A DNA stretch of 64,000 nt from Tubulanus polymorphus (taxonomy: Eukaryota > Animalia > Nemertea). This document shows, piece by piece, positions 25,431-48,919 of the stretch. Position 1 is the stretch's first letter. Each line of letters begins with the position of its first letter. Where the stretch lies: positions 496,001-560,000 of the forward strand of contig NC_134032.1 of NCBI RefSeq assembly GCF_964204645.1, read 5' to 3'. The position numbers and the translations under genes were made by a program. The notes under the pieces were generated by a model that was given only the letters and a program-made list of their open reading frames with translations, did not search any database and was not told the DNA's origin.

Positions 25431-28082
25431 GATTTTCCATGCATGTGCTGTTACAAGTTAAGATAATTTGCCGAGCTACAAATTTATTTTCGTATTCAAT
25501 CTGATTTATTTGGTGTAAGAATAACATAATCATGATTAAAACTGACCAGTGTAATCACGCACGTGGCTCGATCAATGCATCATTGCTTGCCAGGGTTGGT
25601 TGCCTCTGCTCCCGGAGCTTTCCGGCTACCACCAATGGTTTTACTCGCTTCCCTATGTACACTCAGCATCCTTTGCAGGATGGTTTTATACCGGAGCCAA
25701 CTCACGCTGTTTTCATGTTTAAAAAGTGACCGGCGGGGAGCGGTGTTCTTTGTAAATAGCTCTAATTTGTCTCTCTCCTATTATGTTATGTTATCTTTTG
25801 TCTCTTTGAATTAATATTTTATTGTCGTGTCTGTCCTATGTAATTTTGTCATTATACGGATGCAATAAATTTCGAATTGAATTGAATTGTCATCAAGTGC
25901 TGCCCCCAGAACGGTAAGTGTGTGAACTAACTTTTTACTCACATGCCGCAGTAGGAACATTGAATCATATTGTTAGTTCGTACATTCACCGCTAATGATA
26001 AATATAGAGGCAGCACTAGACGGTTCAGATCTGTAAACGTTGGGACTGAAGATGGTAATTATTAAGTACCAATAATTCATTGGTTATTGGGCATTATCAA
26101 TTAGCTTGGGTCCAGTGGGTAAACTGCATCTCAATCGAGGCTTAAATGTCTATCCGGTAACGTTTCGACCTCGCGCCTGAGTATACAGTCTGTAGACTGA
26201 GGGGGCCTTGACGCCATCCCGAGTCCGTCAACTTGTTTATGTCTCAGATGGAGCGCGCGGGGCAGGGCTGTCATTATATTGGTGACTTATCCAAATTACA
26301 CTTACATAGCGCAACATTTTTCAGTGTGTTAACTCCGTCGTACTCGGCGTAACAGGAGAGTGAGGAATTGTATTTTAGCTAACTGTTAGCTAACTGTTTA
26401 GCTAACTGTTCCTCCTCTGTTCCTTGTTTTTAGACAGGACCTTAATTAAATCGGTATTTTATGAACCACTAAAAGCACTGTATTGCGTGAACTGTATTGA
26501 AAAAAAAGATAGTTCAACAGTTCAACATAAAAGCATAAAACTAGCGATGAAACAACGAATTCAGTATAATTTTTCCTAATTGCATTGTCCTAATTAACAT
26601 TTTTCAGACATTATCACTTCACTTAAAATAAGTCTTCTGACATTATACTATGCAGTAGCTGCTCCTGAGTCGGTGTTTATACGATTCACTAGCTGCACCT
26701 CAAGTGTTTATAAGAAGCACCAACTGCTCCTGAGTCAGTGTTAATAAGATGAACTATTATCTTTGCTCCTCCGGAATCAGTGTTTATAAGATACACTATT
26801 GTCTCTGTTGCTCCTGAATCAGTGTTTTTAAGATGCGCTATTGTCCATGCTGCTCCTCGAGTGTTTATAAGATCCGCTCCTGCTGCTCCTGAATCACAAT
26901 GTTTGTAGAAATCCGTCGTTGGGCGGTAACTCGCTGCTGCTGGCTCCACAACTTCTCATCTGGACGTCTGCAGTTTTCATCGGCATCAGTAGTCGTCTAC
27001 TTTTGGTTGTCGTTTACCAATCGAAGACCATTTTTTCCAGGATAGAGTTAAGCTGAAGTAAGAAACAAGAACATCCTTTGAGGCAGACCATCCTAATAAG
27101 CATTGATTATGATTCACAAATTAATTTTGATTATACGGTTGTCATCTACCAATCATGGACCATTATTTCCATGATAGAATTTAGCTGAAATAAGTTAGTT
27201 AAAATAGTAGTTCAACAGCATTAATACATCACTGTTTATGACTAGTGACAATAGAATATGAGGCTGCATACAAGGTAACTGGCCTATCTACACTTCAATA
27301 CTCAGCCAAGAATATTCATTTGAGACCTAACGAGTAATATTAGAGCAATGATTGTTTTAGATTTCCACTCACTAATAACCATATACCGGCCACAGAGCTT
27401 CAATCTTCAATCACTTTATAGTAAAATTGAGAACTTCACCAGCGTCTCTGTTCTCTCCAGTGCTATAAGCATCCTGCCCTTGATGCTAACCCAGAAATGA
27501 AAAATCAACTTAGCTTTTTATCATGACTGCCAGGTTCAGTTTCGAAAGGTCTCTTGGTGTTTTGTTGTCGAGTTTAATTCAAGCTAAATTTAATTCTTCG
27601 GTGGTCGCTTCTGGTCGGTAGGAACTAGATGGCTAATGTAACTCATGCTGGGCCTTTCCAGATTCATGTTAGGCTGTAATGAGTAAAAGAACGAGATGGA
27701 ATGTTTTATCGTATTCGGGAATCCGTCGATGCTTTTAAACGCCAACCTCAAAACGTTTTTTAGGAGAGCTTTTACCATTGAATTATGTCTCTTACAGTGT
27801 TTTTATGTTCTTGTATTGCGATGGTATTTTAAATAATTTTGTGGTTTCATTTGTATTACTATTGTAAAGTACGATGATTACTCGGTAAACAAACAAGTTA
27901 TTATAGATTGATTGATTCAGTTATTTCTAGCAAAATATCTGAAAAATTCATCGACCGATTCGTTTATGTTAACGTTAAGCCGTCTTTCGCTCGTGTCCTA
28001 AAAAAACTATTTAAGATGTAGAATTTCTAAGTAACGTCCCATTGCACCAGGCATTTAATAACTAAGATCTATTTGTTTGGCC

Positions 28083-28520
28083 AACAAGACCCCCAGCAAA
28101 TTACTTAGGAAAATCAAATCTGATTTGACAAGATAGATTCACTCAGGGCAGGTTCTGGAAATTCTGCAGAATGACACATATGCATAGGTGCGATAGTCAG
28201 CCGTGGCGAACTGCTAAATTCAAATTCAATTTTTAACAAATTTATTCCAACAATCGTATTCAGTATAGCTCTATTATCTGAACGTAGAGACAATGTTTTT
28301 AGATAAGAATATCTAAGACTGAAAGCAATTTAAAAAAAAAAATCAAATTTACCCTGGTGATTACATGACCCTACATTTCTGCAGGCCTTGGTCCATAGAT
28401 TAGGAAGATACGACATGCAAAGTTTCAGAAAGATTGGATAAGAATTCTTAGATTAGGAGCAACTTGAAGCAAAATTTGACAGACTGGACATTTATTATGC
28501 CCCACAGGAATACCGTTAAT
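28083..28520 (+). mobile_element. Possible Helentron-associated non-autonomous element (HINE/DINE-like)
   Basis: Starts AACAAGA; 3' part has aagtttcagaaagattgg...gacagactggac...attatgcccc, the general layout of these elements. Confidence 0.4.
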
Positions 28521-29493
28521 ATTTAAACTCAAATTTTTAGTTCAAGTTGTTGGTGTCTTTCCAATGAGGTCAACCTATTAACTTGAAAGAGCTTTTCGAC
28601 TTGGGAATTCCGTCTAGGGTCCCATCTCCACAGTTTCCAGGCCGCGCCGAAAGATCCATGCACTTAAAAAATCACCATAAAAAATTTAACAAGAAGAACA
28701 AGTCAAATTCGTTGTGGATTAGTTTTATTTTTCTCAAGCTCAAGATTTCTATGAATGCGTTTATAAAGATTTCTAGAGTTTGTCGCAAGTTCGTTTCATA
28801 AATAAATATTCAGCAAAAAGAATAAAACTGTCAAGCAAAATATCATCTGGATAGTTGGTTTTCTATAGACAAGTGACTATCAGCAAAGGCCACAATAATT
28901 ACGAGGAGACTTTTGAAATAGGCTCATTGAAGAATCGAGTCTTAACGTCAATACTCTCTTAGTTTTCAGGGCAGTCGGGACAGGGGCGGCAGGGGCGGCC
29001 AAAGCCGCCCCACTTTTTTGCTTAACAAAAATTTTTCAAAAGCAGGCTGTACCGCGTAGCAGCTCGTCGTTCTCTGTACTAGGTGGTTGACTCTCGACTT
29101 CTCATGCTTCTGTGAATGAGACCGTGAAATGGCCCCAAAACGCATCTCCGGCGATTGAATTTTCAAAATTTTTCTAGGGGGAGGGCCCCCAGACCACCCT
29201 TCACAAAAAAGCCTCGCCACTGAAAAATTCCTTCCGACGGCTCTGGTTTTTGAAGATGTCTCATAGAATTGAGTCTAAACGTCACTACTCTCTTAGTTTT
29301 GAAAATGTCTCATAGAATTGAGTCTAAACGTCACTTCTCTCTTAGTTTTGAAAATGGAATCAAGTTTCCCTCAGCAATTCTTCATAATTGTGTCTGGATA
29401 TCTGAGGATAGTTTTAAGTAGTTCTCTCCCAACAATTCAGTCGTTTTTGCTACACAGTTTCTACGTTCGTATAAAATTCGGTTTCGTGGTTTT

Positions 29494-39495
<10,002 letters not shown>

Positions 39496-39734
39496 CTCGT
39501 CGGCTGAACGCGATCGACAAAAATCTATAAATAACACAAAATAAACGATTTATTTGAGGGAGGAGGTTTGATGATTTGAATTGTCTATTTTTATGCTGAG
39601 CTGGGGCGCCAGAACTTCACTGTTGGTGTAATCGTACAGGCCTCACCACCAACACGTCACCAGTACCTAGCTAAGCAATAAGGAGTTGTAGTACCGAAAA
39701 AAACTAAAGCGACGACAAGTAATTCATTTATTTA

Positions 39735-39840
39735 CCAGCAAAAATTTCACCGACTCCACAATCAGGAAGTTCGCGATTCCTTGTCCACCGGTTTCCGGTT
39801 CCGGTAGCCACGTTACGCGCTCTGTGATTGGTCAGAAAAC
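39735..39840 (-). promoter_or_regulatory. STT3A promoter and non-coding first exon
   Basis: Clustered TTCCGG (ETS) sites, CCAAT box (gattgg at ~39826), - strand donor near 39735. Confidence 0.55.
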
Positions 39841-40675
39841 GGTACGAGATAAGTTGAAAACTTATTTCTTGTCAGGGCAGTGCCACGTCGATAGATTTAT
39901 TATAGGACGCAGTAACGATCTACCAGCTATTTGATAGTCTTTATCAAAACAAGAGCCTCTTTAGATATAGCATTTAATAGCGTTGATAGAATCGATGATT
40001 TACTATTTGCCCGCAGTAGAAAGAGTATCAGATCTTGACCGTCTGGTGCTGCCCCATTGTATAACGATAGCGGGAAAAATTTGAACTAACATTATACTCG
40101 CTTGCCAGTCACAATGGACAAACTAAATACCGTTTTGCGGGCCGGATTGCCTGACAATTCTGAAAATCTGAAAACAGGGTTGAATCAACGAGAACCAGGT
40201 TGTTTGTAATATCCAAAACTTTATTTTTACACATTACTACTTAAGATAACACCGTTATAAAAACAGGGGAAATTAAGGGAATGATGTGAAAACATGACAA
40301 CGAGAAACAATAATTAATGCATTACGGCACCTCCTAAACAAACTGTCTCTATAGGAATGCGAAATAGATAGAATAATATACAAGAATTTCTAATGATAAT
40401 AATAAACTTTCTTGTCAAAGAAATATTTCTTTAATGACAAATAATCATGATTATATACATTAAATACACTTAACGCGGGTCTGGATTCATTCTCGGTTTT
40501 TAGATAATTCATCTACTAGTCAAATATCTTCACTCAGTAATTTAGATTGCGTGTAATTAATTATCTTTGTATTATAATTATCCTGTCATTCAGTAATTTG
40601 AAATTGTTTGTAATTAGCTTCGTCTTATTCTATATAGATACCAGTACGATATGTAAATTTAATCACTTGCGCTAT

Positions 40676-40714
40676 GCCTGACGAGGGGACAATGTAACTC
40701 CCGAAAACGTTCGC
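40676..40714 (+). ncRNA. Minimal hammerhead ribozyme motif
   Basis: gc-CTGACGA-g-ggga(caatgtaac)tccc-GAAA-acgt-TC-gc, with palindromic stem III AACGTT. Confidence 0.6.
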
Positions 40715-40989
40715 TACAATAAATAATTCCTCATTACAAAATGAGATTTGTTCTATTTTTGCTGCTATGGATTTTGAATTATCTAGACTCTCTACCTAAG
40801 ATCTACTTCTAAATACACTTAATTTAAAAGCATTGCTATATATGTAATGAATATTCATTGAAATGCAATGTATTTCTGTACAGTTTACACAGTATTACAG
40901 CGTAGGGCAGGAACGACGAAAACGGTTGGTAAATTGATGCGGATTTTCCAAAAATGGAAAAAATTATTGTTTTGTTCTGTTGAGGCGCT

Positions 40990-43164
40990 TCAGTCCTCGA
41001 TGAGAACGTACGTGAAATACGTATCGAGTTCACTGAACGTGAATTTATCGTTGAATTCGTCTCTAGTAACGTTTAATAATGAACAGATTCTGTTACTATT
41101 GATTTTAGGAAAACGAAACGATTTACACGAAGGGTAAGATTTACAACAGAGCTCAGCGCAGTGAGCCCGACTACGAGCTGTGGTCATTCTGAGCACACGA
41201 GAGGAGTCGGCAACTCGTCCACTTCCGTGCTTCCTATACCGACACAGTCCAGGCCCAGCAGGTGCAGCTGCGGTAGATTCAGTAGTAGACTCAATAGTAG
41301 GTCCAGTAGTAGGCGCAGGGGTCAGCGTAGTCGTCGCAGGGGTCGGCGTAGTCGTCGTAGGCACAATAGGGGGCGCCTCCAGTTCTGATTAAAAAACAAA
41401 AAAATAAACTGATATTTCATATCATATAATCGGTCCCCTCGTTCTCTACCGACTCCCTCCAACACTATCCCTCCCCATCTCTCTCTCCCTCCCCATCTCT
41501 CTCTCCCTCTCCATCTCTCTCTCCCTCCCCTTCTCCATCTCCCTCTCCCTGTCCATCTCGCTCTCCCTCTTCACCTCCCTCTCCCTCTCCCTCTCCCTCT
41601 CCTTGCTCTCCCTCTCCCTCTTCACCTCGCTCTGCCTCTGCCTCTGCCTCTGCCTCTCCCTCCCTGTCCATATCGCCCTCCTTCTTCACCTCGCTCTCCC
41701 TCTCCCTCCCTATCTCCCTCGTCCATTTCGCCACTACACGTACTTACCTGATAAACACTGATCGTTTATTGGGTCCATCTTGTCGAGCGACTTTTTATCG
41801 TCGAATATCATCAAACAACTCATGCGACCAGTGAACTGTCCGTTACGATTCACTGACGCAGGTTCGGTGGCGATGTGAATACTGCCCGAAGCGGTGAACG
41901 ATTTTGCACCGTACAGTGTAGTGGTGCCGCTGATACGCAGTCCCATCGATTTGGTTCCAGCGTTATAAGTTAGAGATATAGGAAGCCATTTGTTGGTTTT
42001 TACTTCGCGCGAAACCCAAGTACTAGCGGGATAGGTGTAAAGTTTTCCGCCGGTGCTGTATAACTTCAGGTCGGAGTTGCCCGAACCCCAACGGATCAAA
42101 TCGAACGACCCCGATGACGCGTAGATGTTGAACATGATCGTAAAACTTTTTCCGGTGAGGTCTAATTTTCCGTCAGAGTTCTCGATCATAATCGCGTTTG
42201 AACCGTCGAATTTGAAGGCAGTTTGAGGTTTATCAGTTGGACCTGGTCCGTACCCGGGGGCTTGTGATATTCCGTTATGGTTATTGCCAGATATGTCTTG
42301 TAGTCCGGTTGTTTTAGTCAGCAACCATTTGCCTATCAGTTTACTGTTTACTGTAAAACCAGGAAAATGACACGATAAAAGGTCAAATGTCAAATCAAAG
42401 AACCGAATACATGTACATAAATGCATTCTAAATCGATGGGGTACCAGCAGTGCTACTGTGGTAATCGAGGATTCCACGTATGGCAGGCGAGGATCCGCCA
42501 GGTTCGCTAGTGGTTACTCGGTTGTACCGCGGTTCGATTTCTTCTATACATTTTAATCAAATCTAAATGAACTCTTAAATGAATCAATTATTTATGAAAA
42601 CTAAACCAATATCCGAGTAGAAGGATGAAAGTATTGTATATTTGGTGAGTGCCGTGATAATCCACAGTTTTAGGAGTCTAAAAATTCAGTTCAAAGTTCA
42701 TTGAAAAATGGCCTATTTCTCTCTAACCAAACATAGAATAATTATAGAATAAAATTCTATAATTTACAAAACTTAAAACAAGAAAACAGAAATAAACACA
42801 TAGAATAGAATAATAGGGATACGTATACATGAAATTTGGATTGAGACCTGCAACTGTGAAATTGGGGCACGTGGAACTGGCTTAACAACTGTGGAACTGG
42901 ATCCACTAGAAACTGGACTACACGTCTAAATGTGGAAGTGGGACTAGTAACTGTTGAACTGGCTGACGAACAGTGGGACTGCATGGATACTTTGCGTTCA
43001 GAGCTGTGGACCCAGTACCATATATATAATATCTTTAAATGATAGTGTATAATTATGTTGAATGGACTAGGCCTATACGTGTACATGATGTATTCCTTAC
43101 CTGATGAAGTTAAAAACACCACACATAACCATTCAATGATCTTTCCTCTGTGAGCGCCCGCCAT
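40990..43164 (-). CDS. Probable secreted 353-aa protein: LamG/pentraxin-like domain, Pro/Thr linker, PAN/apple domain
   Basis: Exons 43164-43101, 42350-41748, 41384-40990 (phase 1-1, 1062 nt). LamG-like motifs QDISGNNHNG, GPGP..AFKFDG, W..ISLTYN, FTGRMSCLMIFD. PAN motif CAELC...SCKSFRF...CSLL. Confidence 0.85.
41468..41720. repeat. CT-rich simple repeat (intronic)
   Basis: (ctccct)n-like tract. Confidence 0.9.
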
Positions 43165-44829
43165 TTTGCTGTAGATGTATCAGATGATATATCGGGAATA
43201 AAAAGTTTTACTCCGAGACGAGAATTGCAGTCCACACAGGATACGATCAGTGAGTGACGGGTTGGAGAAATAGTAGTCGTACAACGAACTGTTTTGAATC
43301 GTATTCTATTTCCCTCTTCCCTCTCCCTCTACCCCCTCCTCCCCGTTCTGTTTGTGTGGAGGGCTCTACATAAGCCAATATTCGATGAGACTTTGTCTTT
43401 GAAGTGCAACAACAAACAGCTACAAGTGTTGTACGTGTTCAACACCTGACGTGTAATCATTGTACATTGAGGCGCCTGCAACGACTTCAGAAATAGAAAT
43501 AAATCAGCTTCGGCTTAAGACAAGAATCTATATTGAGAAGTTTATTGAGAAGTTTCGGTCGTGTTTCCGCAGATCTCGATAAAGATTTCACTCTTCGCGA
43601 AACAACGAACTACTTATATTAAAATCTTCTTGTAGTCGAATGAGCTGTAACTAATAGTTCCCAACCATGGACTCTAAAACGAATTCTTTTTCTTAGCTTT
43701 TGAAAACTCGATTACAGGTAAAATATGAGGTTATACATCAGGCGCGGATCTAGGATTGTTTTCCAGGACGGGGTTGATAAAAAAAATGTTAATGTAAAAC
43801 TGCCAACTAAAATCTCTAATGATAGGGGGCCGCCTATACGGCATATTGTTTGGGCCAAACATAAGATGATATGGTACCGATTATGGTACTGTCCGCCCGC
43901 TTTGTCTCAGTACATTCCTAAACGAAATCGATTAAAAATTTTTTGGTAGCTGAACAGGGGGGGGGGGGTCACGACCCCTGAAACCCCCTCCGGATCCCCA
44001 ATGACACACAGTGAAACGTCCAACGAAATCGGGTATTGAAATCGACCATTTTCCTCAAATTCGTATTATATAGAGTCCAACTGGTTCTGATGGGGTCGGA
44101 CTGCAATTAGAATTTCTTTGCCGTATCCATGTTCTAGAGTTTTTCATGTTGAATACGTTTGAATATTTAGAATACCATCTTGCTTTTAATATTACAAGGG
44201 TAATTCACTGTAAATCAAAACTAAGCGGTGCAGCTGACTTGAATAAAATGGCCGTTAATCAAAATATTTCCGATCGATTTAATCAGAATGTTGTTTTAAT
44301 ACGTTAATCAATATTATCTGCTTGGTTACCGGGTACGGAAACTTGTTTCACCGGTTTAAAAAAGTCTGGAAAGATTGATCAAGTTCAGCGAATGCGACTA
44401 ATCTTGAACTTGAAAACACCTTTTCACCATATATGTATGTGGCCGTTCTAATTACATAGTTTTATGTTCAATTTCTTGTGAAACCTAGACTAATTTTTCT
44501 ATTTTATATTGTTTTTACGATGGTTTTATTCTGTTATATATTGATGCTAAGGAGTTTGTTCTGTCTGCAGTCTATATAGAAAAAAAATTGTCGGACGAAA
44601 AGTGCTGGCAAGTCGTACTCTCGTACTCACATCTGAAAATGACAAAAAGACGCATAGCCCTCTGGGAAGCATGGCACAAAATCTGATATCGGCTGCATTT
44701 CTGGACTTATAGTTCTGCGACTAATTGACATTCAGTTTGACTTAGTTCATGTATAGTCGACTAACTTCGATAACAGAAATTGGGCCAGACAGGCGGACGG
44801 ACGACGAAGTGTATACAGTAGGCCTATGC

Positions 44830-45100
44830 CCATCCTCGCATGCCAGGGGTCCAATATCACTCCCGAACTCGCTACCACCAGCCCCTGGCCTCACGAAGCG
44901 TGATTTCATTACTGGCGCTGTTGCGCATGACGTCATATATCGATTTGCGAAATACTTCCTTGTTCGGTAAAACGTTCGCTGATTGGTCCATTTAACGGGA
45001 AAACCAACAGAAGTCTACCGTCGGTTTGTAACAAGCGCTGTGATTGGTACGACCGGATTCTGGTCGGCTAGTAACGACTCGTGAGGTCAAGGGGTTCGGC
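44830..45100. mobile_element. Dispersed repeat, probably a non-autonomous DNA element
   Basis: Highly similar copy at ~49180-49470; internal IR cccctggcctcacga / tcgtgaggtcaagggg. Confidence 0.7.
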
Positions 45101-45429
45101 GAACAGCTTTAGCGTAGTGGGTTCGAATCCCTTGACGTGCGAAGATGGCCTATGCCCCTACAACGCGTAAAAACACTAAATCACTGATAAAATACAAGCA
45201 ATGCTATTCTATATATTTATACTTCTATATTTCCACCAGACGTTTTCTACATTTACAAGCATGAATTTATTTTACATGGACGGTACAGAAAATGTCTTGG
45301 AAAACTGAGGTGAATGAGAATCTGTGAAACCAAATACCTCCTCAGACTCCAGAAAACTTATATCTTAAAACGTTATTAAAGATTTATAGAAAATGCATTG
45401 AGTTCGGACGCTATTCACAGAGTCACGAG

Positions 45430-48400
45430 TCACGTGCGATGTGTCGTTAAACCTTGCGAATCTTCGAGCAAACATTCAACACGTTGTCGCTGTGGAGAAA
45501 TTAGAAACAAGGAAAAGACATTTTTAAAATTTCGCTAAAAGACAAAACCATTTTATTTTTCGAATGCTGATGTCAATCTGCTGCCTGCAGCAACCTTTCC
45601 AAACATTCACCAGTTTTATGTGAAGTGTGGACGATCAGTTTTTGAAAGTGCGCTGATAAAATGTCTAATGTCTGATGTTTGTAGTTCATTTTCAATTGTA
45701 AATGTCGCAGATGAAGTACTGAACACATGTGAAGTGTGGACCATCTGTTTTTTTAAAGACAGAACACTGATCCAGGCTGAGGGGTGCAGCGTACGGACTA
45801 GGGAATGCAGGGTCCAGATGGAGAGAGGTGCAGGTTCAAAGCTGAGAGGTGCGCAGGTTTCCGGACTGAGAGGGGCGCAGGGTCTAGCCTGAGAGGTGCG
45901 CAGGTTTCCGGACTGAGAGGGATGCCATATTGAACTTACATCTAATTTATCCATTATATCTGGCCGGTTTTCCAAGTCGCTGTAAGGTGGCAGTAATGCC
46001 TGTAAACGAACCGCTTTCAATGCAGAAGGCTGACAGCTAATCAGGTGATTCACTTCTTGCGCCTGCAGAAAATAAGCAAAAGACTTTTATTTAAAAAAAC
46101 TTTCCGAAATTCACCACAAGGCTCTGTAGTCAGTAACCTGTCTGTGGTTTAGTTTCACGATCGGATATTTAGACATCCCTAATGTTGGTATAAGCCCACC
46201 CGATTATAAAAGCTTACCACCGATGATTAGGTAACTAACTGAAGGCTCTAATACAACAGGAGCTAAAATTGTAGCAACTGTCCCAGGGTGCGATCTAAGC
46301 AGTTGTCCGATTGCCCGGGACAAGTATATTCTCATCAGGGCAAGTAGGTTATCATTATCACTTGTCCCCCGGGCTAGTGCAATTTTATGTCACAAATTGC
46401 TTTTTTCCCACTCGATACAACGGATTATAGTGCCACCAATCGGACTGCCTGTGTAGGGCAAGTAGCTTTTGGAGGGGGGCAAGCGAAATTTCAGATATGC
46501 TTGCCACCGCGCAAGTGGTTCTTATTCCTTAGATCAGACCCTGCAGTGTCCGAGATTCAACAGATGCTGATTTTCAATTTACAGATTAGAACTCACCCGA
46601 TTTGAAGTGTATCGCAGTCGCATGATTCTCAATCGGTTTCTCGCTTCAGCCGCCCTGTATCACACGAGGGAAGAAACAATAGTAATTAAAAAACATGAAA
46701 ATCCTGTAATCCTAGTAATTGAGAAACTTGAAAATCCCCAACAAACTCATGCGGTTAACTAGCATAAGCCTTCGTAGTTGTGATGATTATTATGTTGACG
46801 ACTTATCCAAATAACAACTTAGACGTAGTGAATTAAATTAGAGATACAAATCTAGACTCATAATATAAAATGATTTCAATAATGTGACGACTTATCCAAA
46901 TGATAACTAAACCCAAACAGGCGCTGATTCAACCTACTGTCGTTACCGCTTAAGTGGAGCTTTTTTCGAGACAGACACCAGATACAAGAGCAGATTTATT
47001 TCGAAGTATTGTGGATGGATGTGTGGAAAATTAAAATCAACGCTCGGAATGCATCCGGAGGTGACAGAATTCTGAAATATTGTTTGTTTATATTAGGCTC
47101 ATTTTTCTACTTACTTCAATTGACCGATTAATTTGTCGTGTTTATCTTTTTCAGTCACGACGTCAAACTGTAACGGCGGATTGTCTCTGAAATTACGGAG
47201 AATCAAAAATCGATGTATTTCTGATAGTACTTGAGACAAAGTTTGAACATGACTTACACTTAAACGTTGCTCTTAATAATAATTACAATAATAATATTAA
47301 TAACAATAATAATTTATTTTTTTATCTAGCGCACTCCTACAAATCTTAAATCAGTTCACTAAACATCAGTATTAAGATAAACAGATAAACGTAAGCACAA
47401 TAATAAACATAATCGTTAAGGCTAAACAAAAATGATGCCTTGTTTCTCGGTGGCGGCCGGGTCATTTTTCTTAAATATAATATATTTTGTGATCGGCACA
47501 TTTCTATAGCGGGCCGGGTCTGTTATGGTAAGATTCATCACGATTTTAAAATAAGTAGTGTACAGTACTTGACTAAGTAATATACAGGGTAGATAGGCGG
47601 CCGGTGGCGTCAATGTCTTAGCTCAGCAGAAATCTATAACGGCCGGGTCTGCTATGGTAAAATTTATCACGACTTTAAAATAAGTAGTGTATAGGGTAGA
47701 TAGGCGGCTGGCCGCATCAATGTCTAAGGTATCAATTTTTTAAGCCTTAAATTCATGCTTTCAATGAGGTAGACAACTTTCAAACTTAAGCGGAAACATT
47801 TTGCTTAATGCACGCCGCATTAAAAACCAGCCAGTTGACAAGCACATACTTTTTTTGTTTCTTCTTTAGGTCCGTCAACCGTTTAGACGAATGCGCCTGA
47901 GCTTCTGATATGTATTTAGGCGGATCTTCGTACTGTAAATAGAAAATTTGAAATATATCCGAGACTAAACGAGAATCGTAGAACTGACTCTTCGAGAGAC
48001 GCCGAGCCCCCCCCCCACCCCGCCGGCTTAATAAAACTTACAGCTAGATATCGACTTTTTTGAAGTGGCGTCATCTTCTTTAAATCCGATGCGTTGACCG
48101 ATTTCCAATTCCGCGCCACAAATTTCTCTCTATTGTCCTTCCCTCCTCCGGAGGTTTCCTTAGAATCCTAGAAACAGAAAATTAATATTTGGCAGATGAC
48201 ATTTTCGCCCGATGCGGCATTATTCCAGTTAGCACTATTTTGCCGACAACTCATTCTGATTGGCTAATTTACACTCAAAATTCAAGGGGGTAAGTGAGGA
48301 AAATAGAAAAAATAGAGCAGATAGCATCTTTCCACTTGACTTGAGAGCACTCCGGGTGGCCTAGCTCAGTCAGTTTTGGTGGTACATACCTGATAAAGGT

Positions 48401-48919
48401 CTTAATAGGACCAGAAAGGACAGGCAGTCGACCTAAATCATCACTTTTTAATCCATTTGAAACTGTATTGCAGGATATCCAAAAAGTCTTCATTGAAAGG
48501 GGTTGAAGAGATGTGACTCCATGATTTGAAAGTTTAACGATATGTTTCCATGCCTACGTACCAAACTTCAGTTGGTAGACATGGAGACATATTGTTAAAC
48601 TTTCAAATCATGGAGTGGCACTGAGGTTCATGGAATGGAATCCCACTGGCATGTTTTAAATTAAGATTTTCCTATAAATTTTGTATGCCAAAAGTAAGGG
48701 CCGGGTTTTCTACCTAGGTAACTTGATAAGTAAGGCATCCTTGATCTTGTTGCATTATTGTGTATTTCCTTCTTGCCGTCAAATGAAATAATGCAATTGA
48801 ATTGAATTGAATGAAGTTTGAATTTGATTTTTTTGTTAGTTTTTTTTTTCAAATCAAACTGTTCTCTGTAATTATTGTGTGATCGCTGACAATAAACTTA
48901 CTGCATGTTTATCTGACAT
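45430..48919 (-). CDS. LKAAEAR1: LKAAEAR motif-containing protein 1 homologue, 179 aa, 7 coding exons
   Basis: Exons 48919-48902 (MSDKHA), 48167-48042, 47932-47850, 47186-47115, 46654-46597, 46062-45940, 45489-45430 sum to 540 nt. Spliced product contains KLIGQLKAAEARNRLRIMRLRYTSNRAQEVNHLISCQPSALKAVRLQALLPP. Confidence 0.93.
48325..48620. mobile_element. Dispersed repeat
   Basis: Close copy at ~59605-59880, with an internal hairpin ctccatgatttgaaagtttaac...gttaaactttcaaatcatggag. Confidence 0.75.

Noticed and set aside
41465-41734. Glu/Gly-rich 89-aa ORF
   Set aside because: Translation of an intronic CT microsatellite.
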